Virus record (IMG/VR): IMGVR_UViG_3300048592_001022
Span: 1-63,305 of that record
From: a virus
Taxonomy: Duplodnaviria > Caudoviricetes
Length of the DNA: 63,305 bases
Strand: one strand, 5' to 3'
Position 1 is the first letter of the stretch; each line of letters starts with the position of its first letter. The position numbers and the translations under genes are program-made. Below, one piece after another: positions 48,531 through 58,096 of this stretch. The notes under the pieces are model-generated. The model did not search any database. It had not been told where the DNA came from and saw only the letters and a program-made list of their open reading frames with translations.

Positions 48531-50916
48531 TGATCACTCCTTCGACAGCTTCGCGGCCAAATTTATTGCACATTTCTGCATGAAACAGGCTGTCATCGGC
48601 GATCGCCATGAACCTTGCGTCGATTTCAAAACGAAGGTGGAAGTTAGGCTCGTGCTTCGCCAAAAGTCGCCGCAGCGCACGTTTGAGCAGATCACGGTTG
48701 AGTGGCAGCGTGCCGTCGCCGGCAGCAGGCTCTTTCGGACTAGGTGCAGGTGCGACTACCACCGGGGCGAGCTCACCGGAGTCGAGCCAGGGAAGAGCGG
48801 GAATGTCCGCTTTTCTAAGAATTCCGAGGGCGTCCAGCTCCGCTTGTGCGGAATCGACCAGGGACTGGTTGCAGTATTCCTTTTTCGAGAAGTAGCGCAG
48901 CATCGGCAGCATTCGGCCTGGCGCTTTCTTCCACAGGGCATCCAGAGTTTCGCGCTGCGACTTCCGCGCTTTGGCGTAGACCCGGGCCACCAGCCATTGC
49001 TGACGGTCAGGATCGGTGGGCAGGTGATCCTCCGGCTTTTTCTCTTCGGTCGGGACACGCGCCTCAGGCAGCGACTCGAAGCCCAAAATCGCGGCCTGGC
49101 TCACGGGTTCGGCTTCGACTGGTACCGAAGGGAGGATTTCAAGAACCGGCGGTTGTGAGGCCGTTTCCGTTGAATAGGAGTGGCGCGCCGTTTTTTCGCA
49201 CTCAAGAGCCGGATTTTGGCTTTCGGATTCCTTGGTGGAAGCAATAGCGACTTCGTCGTGAGACCGTTCCGAGGTAACGGATAGTTTTTCCTTCTCCCAG
49301 GCTGCTTCGAGTGCATTGAACGATTCTTGCCTAACCGAGATTCGATAGCCTGAGAATCTCTGGTCTATGAATTTGCAGAATGCGTCAGTTTCATCAAACG
49401 CTTTCTCAACACAGCCAAAGGCTGCCGCCTTTCTTTCCGTAAAATCGGAAATCCACACCACCAGCCGATATACGTACACATTGCCTTTTCGATCCCTGAA
49501 AGCCTCTTGGACGTAGTCATTGACGAGATGGGTGATGTCCGTCGAGTACCCCCCGTTCGGCTTGTAGATCCGCCTCGCCTTCGACAACCGAGGCACCATC
49601 ATCAGCTCGGCTTTTTGATTCAAATCAGGAATGTTGTTGTTAGGGATGTTCTCGTTATGAATGTTCTCAGAGTCGGGAACCTCTTGAAAGCCGCACACGG
49701 TTTGAGATCCGGGAAAAGTTCCCGCTACCAAACTTGACCCTGTGCAGTTCCAAACTTTACCCTGTGTGCTACCATTTTTGACCGTCTGTGGCTTCCGATT
49801 TTTACCCTCTGTCGTTACCAATTTTAACCCTGTGTCGTTACCATTTTTTACCCTCTGTCGCTTCCAAACTTGACCCTCTGTAGCACTGCCGGTCTTTTTG
49901 CTGCGGCGAATATAGTTAATATTTTCAGGGTTGTGCAGAATTGATGCCGGCGGCGCTGGAAGGTCTGAGCAGTTATCGAAAGCCCATAATGCCGGATCAA
50001 CGATGTGGTAAGACCGTTCAAGTCGTGGACTGAACTTTGTATGACGGTAGTCTTTGAAAACCACCATCGAGCATTCCTCCAAAAGACGAAGGCTACTCAG
50101 AACTGTCGGCTTCGACAGATCCAACGCCTTCCCGATATGCTCTGCGGTTGGGTGCCATGTCTGACGCAATGACGCGAGGTACATCCAAACGCGGCGCGCG
50201 CTGCAACACAGTTCGATCTTGCTGACGTAGCGTGGCACTTTGAAGTAGCTGCCAGAGAATGACTTCGCGTACTCGTCGATACGCCCATCCTCGGGAGGAG
50301 TGGCGAGCCGGCGGGGCACCCAGGTACTCGGATCAGTAGCCCCGGGCTTATATGATTGGTTTCGGAATCCCTCGATCTTCCAGAAGCTCGGGCTGGCGAT
50401 ATGCCAAATCTCCTTTGATCGGCCACCTGAGATCTCCAGGAGGTCGAAGAAAAGAATATGGCGGCGAACAAGTGATTCCAGGGCGGCTTTCATATCCTTG
50501 AAGGACACTCGTGCGCGTGCGCGAAGCTGTTTCCGGTTTAAATGTTCGTCCGGACAAAGCATCAGCATCGTGAGCAGCACGTTCATTTCCCGGGCAGGAA
50601 GCTTCGCGGTAATGATCTCATTGATAATCGGCGCCCAGTTCTTGCGAAGCCGTGTGTGCTCGCGAACCCTTAATATGGAGAGAACCCGGTTATTTGCTTT
50701 TGGTAAAATACGGCTTTTCGGTGACCATCTCTGAAGATCGGTATTCGACACCTGGCTGAACAACATTTCAAATGGCTGGCCAGACAATAACTTCGTTGCA
50801 GCACTCACGCACACACTCCTGCGAAGCCTTGGGTACCAAGACTCACGCGATTTTATTTTTTTTAGATTCAGAAAAGTGTGAGGGCCAGGCGACACCAGGA
50901 GCACTTTGTTAACCAA
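48517..50916 (-). CDS. Putative phage replication initiator (two wHTH repeats, lambda-O-like internal iterons); start uncertain
   Basis: Two HTH-like repeats (..KAALESLVRRHIL / ..SSLRLLEECSMV..P..W), followed by an iteron-encoded linker. Confidence 0.6.
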   Translation of the reverse strand: MVNKVLLVSPGPHTFLNLKKIKSRESWYPRLRRSVCVSAATKLLSGQPFEMLFSQVSNTDLQRWSPKSRILPKANNRVLSILRVREHTRLRKNWAPIINEIITAKLPAREMNVLLTMLMLCPDEHLNRKQLRARARVSFKDMKAALESLVRRHILFFDLLEISGGRSKEIWHIASPSFWKIEGFRNQSYKPGATDPSTWVPRRLATPPEDGRIDEYAKSFSGSYFKVPRYVSKIELCCSARRVWMYLASLRQTWHPTAEHIGKALDLSKPTVLSSLRLLEECSMVVFKDYRHTKFSPRLERSYHIVDPALWAFDNCSDLPAPPASILHNPENINYIRRSKKTGSATEGQVWKRQRVKNGNDTGLKLVTTEGKNRKPQTVKNGSTQGKVWNCTGSSLVAGTFPGSQTVCGFQEVPDSENIHNENIPNNNIPDLNQKAELMMVPRLSKARRIYKPNGGYSTDITHLVNDYVQEAFRDRKGNVYVYRLVVWISDFTERKAAAFGCVEKAFDETDAFCKFIDQRFSGYRISVRQESFNALEAAWEKEKLSVTSERSHDEVAIASTKESESQNPALECEKTARHSYSTETASQPPVLEILPSVPVEAEPVSQAAILGFESLPEARVPTEEKKPEDHLPTDPDRQQWLVARVYAKARKSQRETLDALWKKAPGRMLPMLRYFSKKEYCNQSLVDSAQAELDALGILRKADIPALPWLDSGELAPVVVAPAPSPKEPAAGDGTLPLNRDLLKRALRRLLAKHEPNFHLRFEIDARFMAIADDSLFHAEMCNKFGREAVEGVINGNH
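49733..49885. repeat. About seven degenerate ~23-bp tandem repeats (iteron-like), consensus ~TTACCCT(C/G)TGTCGTTACCAnTTT
   Basis: Periodic ACCCT(C/G)TGT cores separated by T-runs inside the rep gene. Confidence 0.8.
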
Positions 50917-51506
50917 GATGGATAACAGTAATCTCTTGGCGCACCCAATCGGAGTATCACTGTGAAGGTGAGGTCAAGAGGCTGAAAACGATAAATTTCG
51001 GGGTAATGGGAAAAGAATGTTGGGGGATGTGTATCATGAAGTACTCCGATCCTGTTCGTCGCGAAGAAACCAGCACGAATAATCAAGTTCTTTCGCGAAG
51101 TTCGCAGTTGACCGGCGTGGGTGTGGTGCTATAAATTCAAAACAAAGCACAAAACCATGCCGGTTTGGGACTAAGTCCCTTATTGGTAGCCAGCCCCTCA
51201 GAACCGTAGTCGACCAAAACAAGGGTTCTGTTGGGTGTGCTTCTTTTTTATAGCCGCAACCTCACCAAAAATGCAAGCGCAACCTCCGCTTTTTTCCTCA
51301 ATTTTTCAGCCAATTTAAGGCGCTCCTGAAGACCGAGAGAACGTCGAGGCATCTCTGTTTATGCACGTAAAATGCATGTAAAATGCTCATACCGTTCATA
51401 ACGACCGATCTTCGGAAGCGGTTTGGTATTGCGGTTGCTAAATCCATTGACTAGTCTGAGCTTGGAAAGCCGAAAACCTATTTCACATCTACTCAAGGCC
51501 GGTGGA

Positions 51507-52217
51507 ATGATAAATAAAGACATCGATTACGGTCAGTTATGCGCAAAATTTATTCAGATGTGGCTGGACGAGGCTCCAGAAAACACCATAGTGGAACTAA
51601 GCAGACGCACAAAAATCGTAGAATCTTGGTTGAGGAAACTCCAAAAAGGCAATCGCCAGTCCACTCTCGACACTCTGTACCGAATCATATCAGTTTGGCC
51701 TGTTAATCGCGTCAAAGAAATCCTCTTAATGAATACTCCTAACGGAGCATCGGTGATCACCGAGCTAGAAAAAGTGGGGGTCGTTTTTACTGATCTGGAG
51801 ATCACCGACTTCAGAGAAGCTGCTTTGGTGGCTAGAATTGTTGCCAAAGAACGACTGACTAGATCAGAGATTGATCTAATTCTAGGGACTGAACATAGCG
51901 CGAGGGCGATAGAAAAATTCCAAGAGTTCGACCTCCTCACAAAAGACGGGGATGAACATTACTGTTTGAGCCATAAATTTCAGGAAATTCGGTCGCACCA
52001 AGCTCTGAAAATGCTAGCTAGATTGATTGTTGAATGCCATAGTGCAGTAGTCGGAAATCTTTGGGAGACTCGAATCCAAGGTTTGAACGATGAAGGAGTT
52101 GATGCGGTTTACCAACTGATCGGCCACTTTCAACTCGAACTCTCGAAAATCCTTACCAACCCTAAGTTTCACGGCCAACGAGTTTTTGGTGTCACACTGA
52201 ACTCGGCTTTTATCTGA
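51507..52217 (+). CDS. XRE-HTH + DUF4423/TIGR02147-like regulator 1
   Basis: N-terminal HTH, central wHTH, C-terminal RIQGLNDEG...F..EL..IL..PK..G..VFG; paralogous to 52715-53440. Confidence 0.65.
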   Translation: MINKDIDYGQLCAKFIQMWLDEAPENTIVELSRRTKIVESWLRKLQKGNRQSTLDTLYRIISVWPVNRVKEILLMNTPNGASVITELEKVGVVFTDLEITDFREAALVARIVAKERLTRSEIDLILGTEHSARAIEKFQEFDLLTKDGDEHYCLSHKFQEIRSHQALKMLARLIVECHSAVVGNLWETRIQGLNDEGVDAVYQLIGHFQLELSKILTNPKFHGQRVFGVTLNSAFI

Positions 52218-52229
52218 ACAGGAGCTTCT

Positions 52230-52682
52230 ATGAAGATTTGGACTATATTATCAGCAATTCTATTATCGTCTATAGCTGTCGCAGGTGGAATCGGCGGTGG
52301 AAGTCCTCCCCCAATGCTCGACTTGTCTCAAGCTGAACTCATGACACTGAAGACCGGAGCGTTAAACGGTGATGTTTTCCGCGTCACTCCAGAGCTGGGC
52401 GCAGACCCACTGTATATGATCCCCCAGCAAGCGACCATCAAATCAAACTCGCTGAGAGCGGCATCGTTGAATTCAGAAAGTTCTACTTTGTTCTATACGC
52501 CTTCGACGGTTGAAACAATGCAGAGCAAACTTAGTCTTTCAATCGCTCGCTCAATGGCTTTGCCTGGCATTCTTCCGGTCACAAGCGATGACTTAACTCC
52601 GAAATTCAGACCGAAGGTCGAGGTGGTTCCAGCTTCTACAATGGAAGAGGAACTTCAAGCACTGAAGACCACCGAAGAGTGA
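52230..52682 (+). CDS. Secreted protein with predicted mature N-terminus GGIGGGSPP
   Basis: MKIWTILSAILLSSIAVA signal peptide; AGGAG RBS; 12 nt after regulator 1. Confidence 0.75.
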   Translation: MKIWTILSAILLSSIAVAGGIGGGSPPPMLDLSQAELMTLKTGALNGDVFRVTPELGADPLYMIPQQATIKSNSLRAASLNSESSTLFYTPSTVETMQSKLSLSIARSMALPGILPVTSDDLTPKFRPKVEVVPASTMEEELQALKTTEE

Positions 52683-52692
52683 AGTAAAAACT

Positions 52693-52716
52693 AACCCGCT
52701 GAAAGGCGGGTTTTTT
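52693..52716 (+). terminator. Bidirectional intrinsic terminator
   Basis: AACCCGC-TGAAAG-GCGGGTT flanked by A- and T-runs between convergent genes. Confidence 0.8.
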
Positions 52717-53440
52717 ATTTTCTATTGAGGGAAGTCATCATTGCCATTGTAATGCTCTGCTCACCCTTATTTTTTGGATCAGATATCAACTCATTCATCG
52801 CTCTTTCTGTATCGCCAAACAATTTTTCAAGCTTTGCTATAGCCTGCTTATTCAATCCTTCAATCCTCAAGCAAGTAAAATTCCCCTGCTGATCCGCATT
52901 TTTGTGATCAAATAACTCCGATGCCCAGCCAATCCACCGAGTCACCCGATAAGGATCTGGAGAAAAATAATAGTCAGCTGCAAGCTTCACTATTCCTTCA
53001 GGATTCATCCAAAGTATGTTTGCATCAAAGAGATCATCCAGGGCATCAGAATCTCGGTTTCCAAGAGCATTTTTAAGCTCATCAATGTGTATTCCTGGAT
53101 CTGGACATGCCAAGGCCACTGCTAAAAACGCTTTTTTTGATCGTATAGGATCATGCTGAATAGCATCTGGCAGAAACTGAAAGGACCTCTCTATACTACG
53201 TCTTGTCTCTGGAAAAAATTCGTACAATCGCTTTTTAGCTTCATCCGGGTGCAAAAGTATCGCTGCCAACTGCAGAAAAGTCTGCATGTTTGCACCTTCT
53301 CCAGTTGCGATTCTTCGGACGGTGCTGTAACCGATTTTCGTGCGATTTGAGAGAACTAAAAGAGTATTCTTATGGCCTTTAGATTGCCACTCGGAAATTT
53401 TTTCTTTGAGGTAGACCCCGAGTTCCACTTTTTCGCCCAT
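52715..53440 (-). CDS. XRE-HTH + DUF4423/TIGR02147-like regulator 2
   Basis: LSNRTKIGYSTVRRIATG HTH; RIEGLNKQA...ELISDPKNKGE C-terminus. Confidence 0.65.
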   Translation of the reverse strand: MGEKVELGVYLKEKISEWQSKGHKNTLLVLSNRTKIGYSTVRRIATGEGANMQTFLQLAAILLHPDEAKKRLYEFFPETRRSIERSFQFLPDAIQHDPIRSKKAFLAVALACPDPGIHIDELKNALGNRDSDALDDLFDANILWMNPEGIVKLAADYYFSPDPYRVTRWIGWASELFDHKNADQQGNFTCLRIEGLNKQAIAKLEKLFGDTERAMNELISDPKNKGEQSITMAMMTSLNRK

Positions 53441-53644
53441 CTATGTAGCCTTACAAATATCATTCTTTCTGCCAAAAGTGACACTACTCTCAACAATTGG
53501 CTAACTCATAGCTACATTACCTGGAATCTTTTCGTTTAGTTTCATCGCTCTTGCAATCCGCCTCTAGCTTTCGCACTCAATACCGGACCTGCTTTAATTC
53601 AGTGTCTGCAATTGCTGCCCCAACATTCGTCAAGGCAGCTGCAG

Positions 53645-54064
53645 TCAAATATTTTTCTGAGAAAGGGGATTTAAAACCCTACCCCAACACTCAAAATCCT
53701 TGACGTTATCAGTAACTATAGTCAAATCGTTGCAAGCCGCTGAAGCACCAATCAAAAGGTCCTGAGCATGAAATGTCTTTCCAATTCGCAGCATTTCAGC
53801 ACGCTTTAAGGCTGCTTTGGATGATATTTCTCGCGTAACATCCAGCACTTTTATTGGCGCAACGGTGATGAACTTTTCCAGAGATGCCAGTGCTTTAGAC
53901 ATTCCAGCATGAATAAGACCACTTTCTATCTCGTAAAGCACAATAACGGAAGTACAAACATCCGGATTGTCTTTGAGCCACTGCTGACAAATTCGACCCT
54001 TTTCACCACGATTGAAGAGTCCAGAAAGAATGCATGAATCAACTAGATACATTTTCCACCTCAC
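53645..54064 (-). CDS. vapC: VapC/PIN-domain toxin
   Basis: YLVDSC, E, DLLIGASA, VTDNVKDF motifs. Confidence 0.9.
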   Translation of the reverse strand: MRWKMYLVDSCILSGLFNRGEKGRICQQWLKDNPDVCTSVIVLYEIESGLIHAGMSKALASLEKFITVAPIKVLDVTREISSKAALKRAEMLRIGKTFHAQDLLIGASAACNDLTIVTDNVKDFECWGRVLNPLSQKNI

Positions 54065-54375
54065 TCAACGTCATCGAATTCCATAATTGGCTTCGGTTGT
54101 CCGCGAGGTAGTAAAATCTCCCTCTCGCCGTCATGGCCATCCTCTTTTGCTGCTTCCTGCATTTCCAGAAAGAGTTCATCAAGTCGCGAATTGCGGGATT
54201 GGAATGCCATAGCTTGAAGTTGTTCGAGCATCGCAACCGGAATAACTGCGACTTCCCTTGGCTCTCGCGTTTTTCGATCGACAATTATTTGTGGTTCGTC
54301 AAACGCATCACTGATCAAATCGGAAATCCGATTTCGCGCCTCACTCACTGACCACTCTTTACGACCGGGCTTCAT
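54061..54375 (-). CDS. Phd/YefM-family antitoxin
   Basis: WSVSEARNRISDLI..A..EPQII. Confidence 0.85.
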   Translation of the reverse strand: MKPGRKEWSVSEARNRISDLISDAFDEPQIIVDRKTREPREVAVIPVAMLEQLQAMAFQSRNSRLDELFLEMQEAAKEDGHDGEREILLPRGQPKPIMEFDDVE

Positions 54376-54391
54376 GCCTGTCCCCCACAAA

Positions 54392-54438
54392 AGTACATAA
54401 GTACATCGGAACAAATGTACCAAAACATAAGTACATAA
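54392..54438. promoter_or_regulatory. Repeated AAGTACAT boxes (putative TA operator)
   Basis: Three AAGTACAT copies plus inverted ATGTAC upstream of the antitoxin start. Confidence 0.55.
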
Positions 54439-54671
54439 TCTACTAAAAACAGGTGATGCGCCGCCCAAAACTCAGCGAACCCTGAGCTTTTTCGATCAAA
54501 AAAATAGATATCAATGATTTCATTTGGTTATATCAGCGTACAGTAGCAGGAAAAATTCGTCCAAAAAACTAGTGATTTAAGATCGCTATTTGTAAGGCAA
54601 ATTTGGCTATTCCACAAATTCTTCAGATTTATCGCTCAAGTTTTATTAAATACAGCCGAAGAGGCTGATAT

Positions 54672-54701
54672 GTGTTGAACACATCAACATGGTGTTGACA
54701 C
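54672..54701. promoter_or_regulatory. TGTTGA/TCAACA inverted boxes (putative operator of second TA pair)
   Basis: GTGTTGAACACATCAACATGGTGTTGACAC overlapping a TTGACA. Confidence 0.5.
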
Positions 54702-54752
54702 ACGGACTAGGGTAACATATAGGAGAGTCAGGTTTTGGGGGACGTTTTGATA

Positions 54753-55187
54753 ATGGCAGACTTTACCACCATGCGTTATCGCAGATTCCACCAGACCATA
54801 GCTGGCCTATGTGTTGACCGCAAAACGTTTGAAGCTGCCATAAAAGTCGATTGGCTGCATATCGACGAGAAAGCTGACAAAGAACAGATCCGGGCCAACC
54901 TCGGAAGCGAACAACTGGCATCAGTTCTAAAGAATGGCAGCTTAAATGTCGCTCAATGCCGTAATATCAGTGGATCGAGAGTTGAAATTGCAGTCGAGGG
55001 GTGCTTCAAAGCATTCCCATGGCTGGATTGGACAACAATGGAAGTCAACAGCTCCAATGATGTTTATGTGCGAGTTGTTATCAGGGAAAAGCGGGGAGCA
55101 GGTCTACATATTATCGTTACTGCATACGATCTTTGGACCCATAAAATCAACGCTGCAGTGAATGAGGTGCCCTATGAAATATGGTGA
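54753..55187 (+). CDS. Putative toxin upstream of MqsA-like antitoxin
   Basis: Toxin-first arrangement; C-terminal IIVTAY. Confidence 0.5.
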   Translation: MADFTTMRYRRFHQTIAGLCVDRKTFEAAIKVDWLHIDEKADKEQIRANLGSEQLASVLKNGSLNVAQCRNISGSRVEIAVEGCFKAFPWLDWTTMEVNSSNDVYVRVVIREKRGAGLHIIVTAYDLWTHKINAAVNEVPYEIW

Positions 55188-55725
55188 ATTTGATCAAATG
55201 CGATTGAATCGAAGCCTAAGCGATTTCCACAGCGATGATAACTGCCAAGGCAATTGGGAAATTAGCTTGCAGGAAAATGTTCCCTATCGTCTGGACTCAC
55301 ACATTGTACTTACAATTAAAAACGCACCATTCGTAAAATGCGACAGCTGTGGATCCACTTTTTTTGTTCCTGGCTTTGAGAATTGGCTAAAGCACCAAGT
55401 GGCTCTGGATATTTTAAAGCAGCAAGGTATGATGCCAAAGCCTGCAATTCGCTTTCTTCGAGTCTTGACAGGGAAGACTCAAAAGGAAATTGCTGATATT
55501 TTGGAGGTTCCGACTGATGAGTATAACAAGTTTGAATCAGTATCCAATACGACTCGACAGTTGAACCCTGATCGTCAGTCACGTTTGAAGGGAATTTTTG
55601 CTGATCTTCTCAACATTCAGGATGCTGAAGTTTACAGACGGGCGGTCTATATCCATGATGATGAAGTCGTAGCATTGCCCAAGACAATCCAAGCTGAATC
55701 GTTTCAACACATAATGGAAGCCTGA
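55174..55725 (+). CDS. MqsA-like Zn-ribbon + XRE HTH antitoxin
   Basis: H....C...IKNAP..KCDSCG; IRFLR...GKTQKEIA..L...YNKFES. Confidence 0.75.
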   Translation: MKYGEFDQMRLNRSLSDFHSDDNCQGNWEISLQENVPYRLDSHIVLTIKNAPFVKCDSCGSTFFVPGFENWLKHQVALDILKQQGMMPKPAIRFLRVLTGKTQKEIADILEVPTDEYNKFESVSNTTRQLNPDRQSRLKGIFADLLNIQDAEVYRRAVYIHDDEVVALPKTIQAESFQHIMEA

Positions 55726-55862
55726 AGATAGAAGCCGAGAGGTAGTAGTCTCTCGGCTCCGCCGTCCACTGCACAATTTATAGACAATTCAGCAAAATGG
55801 CGCAACTTCGCCTTTTCAACCAATCACACATCCACTTATCCACCAGCAACCTGTTGATAACT

Positions 55863-56777
55863 TCAGCACCGAAGATCATAGTCATCAAGAATCTCCTGCA
55901 TGCATCGAAACTGTTCCTGCTCGACGCGTTCATTCCAAAATCGCCCGAAAGCCTCTTCCGGTGTCACGATCTCAGCTTGCTTCATTTCCATGAGCCTATT
56001 CCAGGCTGCTCTGCAATCAGATAGCGCAGAGTGCCCGCCGTTCAGCTTTTGCCAGCGGTAGCCTCGCCTCCGGCCTTGCCAGTCACCGACAAAAACCGAG
56101 TACAAGTCCATGAGACAGCTGCGCTTCTGCTCATCCAGCGGATTTATGTTCGGCATTTCGATTCCTGCTAAACGATAGGCGTACCAAAGGATGCGATAGT
56201 CGAACTGGTAGTTGTAGACCAGAACTCTTGACGACGTGAGTATTTCAGAAAGTTCTGGTGCCACTGTTAAGAAGGATGGGGCGTACTTGACATCGATGTC
56301 CTGAATTCCATGTATGTCCGTGGCGTCACGAGGGATTGGGATGCTGGGTTTGATTCTGGTATTCATGAGGGTCTGGAAATTATGGTCGATGACTGCTATC
56401 TCAACCGGCTCAGCATGGTCGTCGAGGCCGGTGGTTTCAGTGTCCAGAATCACGAAGGGCTTGACGCATATGCGCTGCACTTCCATCAATGCATCATAGC
56501 GGTCCTGTGCAAATCGGCCATCGTTGCGACTCTGCCATCGGTGATGCTCCTTCTCTCGTTCGTAGGTCTCCCAGGCTCTCCACTCATCCGGTGTCTGCGG
56601 AATGAACTCGCCCGCCGACTCGGGATTGTCGAGATCATAGAGAAGGATTTTTCCATGAGTCCCGCGAATGAATGCAACGGGCCGCAGGGGGCGCAGAAAT
56701 TTCTCGCGCAAGAGCTTCGTTGTCACATACCGTGATGGTGGTGGGTTTGTTGTGCCCCACCAGGTGTACTCTTCCAT
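55863..56777 (-). CDS. DEDDh 3'-5' exonuclease
   Basis: LDTETTG, IHGI, YN..FD, HSALSD motifs. Confidence 0.9.
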   Translation of the reverse strand: MEEYTWWGTTNPPPSRYVTTKLLREKFLRPLRPVAFIRGTHGKILLYDLDNPESAGEFIPQTPDEWRAWETYEREKEHHRWQSRNDGRFAQDRYDALMEVQRICVKPFVILDTETTGLDDHAEPVEIAVIDHNFQTLMNTRIKPSIPIPRDATDIHGIQDIDVKYAPSFLTVAPELSEILTSSRVLVYNYQFDYRILWYAYRLAGIEMPNINPLDEQKRSCLMDLYSVFVGDWQGRRRGYRWQKLNGGHSALSDCRAAWNRLMEMKQAEIVTPEEAFGRFWNERVEQEQFRCMQEILDDYDLRC

Positions 56778-56798
56778 GAGTGCCCCCCAGAAACTTCG

Positions 56799-57902
56799 CT
56801 ATTTTTTGGTGTTTTCAAGCTGCTTTTCAAGCTGTTCGCGATGAGCCCGTTCCCGCTCCGCTTGCCCTGATTTTTCCCCAACCTGCTTTTGGAGATCGCC
56901 AATCTGCTCGCGAAGACGGTCGACTTCGACCTTCAACTCGGTACGCAGCCGCGAAACTTCGGACGCTCGCTCCTCGGCTTGAGCCTGTGCCCGGGCAGCA
57001 TTCGAGCTTTCCAATGCCAGCCGTTCGGACGATTCCTTGAGTTGTCCGGTAAGCTGCAGAAGTTGATCGCCTGTTGACCTGGCTCGCGCATCAGATTCTG
57101 CTCTGGCATCACGCAACTCCTCGATGCGTTTTTCTGCCTGAGCTTTGTGGTCTTTAAGCTGGGTACGAAGATCCTCGATGGCTGCATACCTTTCGCCCGC
57201 CAGAGTGTTCGCGGCCTGCAGATCCCTTTCAAGGGTCGTATTCCGGTCAGTCAGGGCCTGTGCATGCTGTTCAGAGGATTCGAGACGCCGTGCGAGCCCG
57301 GTCGCGCTTTCTTCCCACTTGGCGGCTTCGCCCGATAGGTGCTGCACTTCTCCATTCAAAAGATCGATGCGGCTTGTCAGTGTCTCGATTTGCTTTTGCT
57401 GCGCATCCACGGTTCCTCGCGCATTTGCCAGATCCCTGCCCTGGCGTTCGATCTGCTCATCCTGGGCGCTGCGCTCTTCCTGGAGCTTGGCTATTTCGAT
57501 ATCCTTCGCCTTAACCACTGCTTCAAGGCGCTGAATTTCTCTACGCTGCTCAATCTCATCGCCCTCAGCCTCAGTCAATCTCTCTTGAGCCATTTCTTCC
57601 ACTCTGCGGATCCGGTCATTTGCCATTTGCGTGGCGCGTCCCCACAGGATGCCAGCCGCTTGGTTCAGAGCATTGCGCATTTCCTCCGGCAGATCGGTCG
57701 GCATTGAACTGACTGCAGGCTTCTTCTGGCGGCGCCACCGATTAAGAGAGGGACCAATGTATGAGTAGCTTCCGCCTTTCGCCTGGCGGATCAGTTCCTG
57801 GGTCGGTTTCTTCCCTTCAGCATCAAGAGAATCGGCCACAGGCCAGTAGATGGCATCGTATTTCCGCTCGTCTTCGCTCCGGTCATCCACCAAATCAATC
57901 AT
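56799..57902 (-). CDS. KfrA-like plasmid DNA-binding coiled-coil protein
   Basis: AD.L.AEG.KPT...IR...GGSYS.I...L..WR plus long coiled coil. Confidence 0.88.
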   Translation of the reverse strand: MIDLVDDRSEDERKYDAIYWPVADSLDAEGKKPTQELIRQAKGGSYSYIGPSLNRWRRQKKPAVSSMPTDLPEEMRNALNQAAGILWGRATQMANDRIRRVEEMAQERLTEAEGDEIEQRREIQRLEAVVKAKDIEIAKLQEERSAQDEQIERQGRDLANARGTVDAQQKQIETLTSRIDLLNGEVQHLSGEAAKWEESATGLARRLESSEQHAQALTDRNTTLERDLQAANTLAGERYAAIEDLRTQLKDHKAQAEKRIEELRDARAESDARARSTGDQLLQLTGQLKESSERLALESSNAARAQAQAEERASEVSRLRTELKVEVDRLREQIGDLQKQVGEKSGQAERERAHREQLEKQLENTKK

Positions 57903-57919
57903 ATTGGCACCTTAGAAGA

Positions 57920-57978
57920 TTGTATTTTGTAGTATTTGTATTTTGTATCATACAATCCTACTACAAAATACAAATACA
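57920..57978. promoter_or_regulatory. Inverted TTGTATTTTGTAG / CTACAAAATACAA array (KfrA operator-like)
   Basis: Tandem TTGTA(T) units mirrored by (A)TACAA units just upstream of kfrA. Confidence 0.65.
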
Positions 57979-58096
57979 ACTTAAACGCGGCGCAGTCAAG
58001 TTTTGCCCTCGAACCGGGCCGGCTCTCAGTTGGTGCAACATTTCCCCTGGATCCTCTGTCTCTTTCCATGTGCGAGACGAATACCACCGATAGCGA

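Noticed and set aside
49733-49885. 23-bp repeats as a mini-CRISPR
   Set aside because: Degenerate, head-to-tail, spacer-less and intragenic; better explained as iterons
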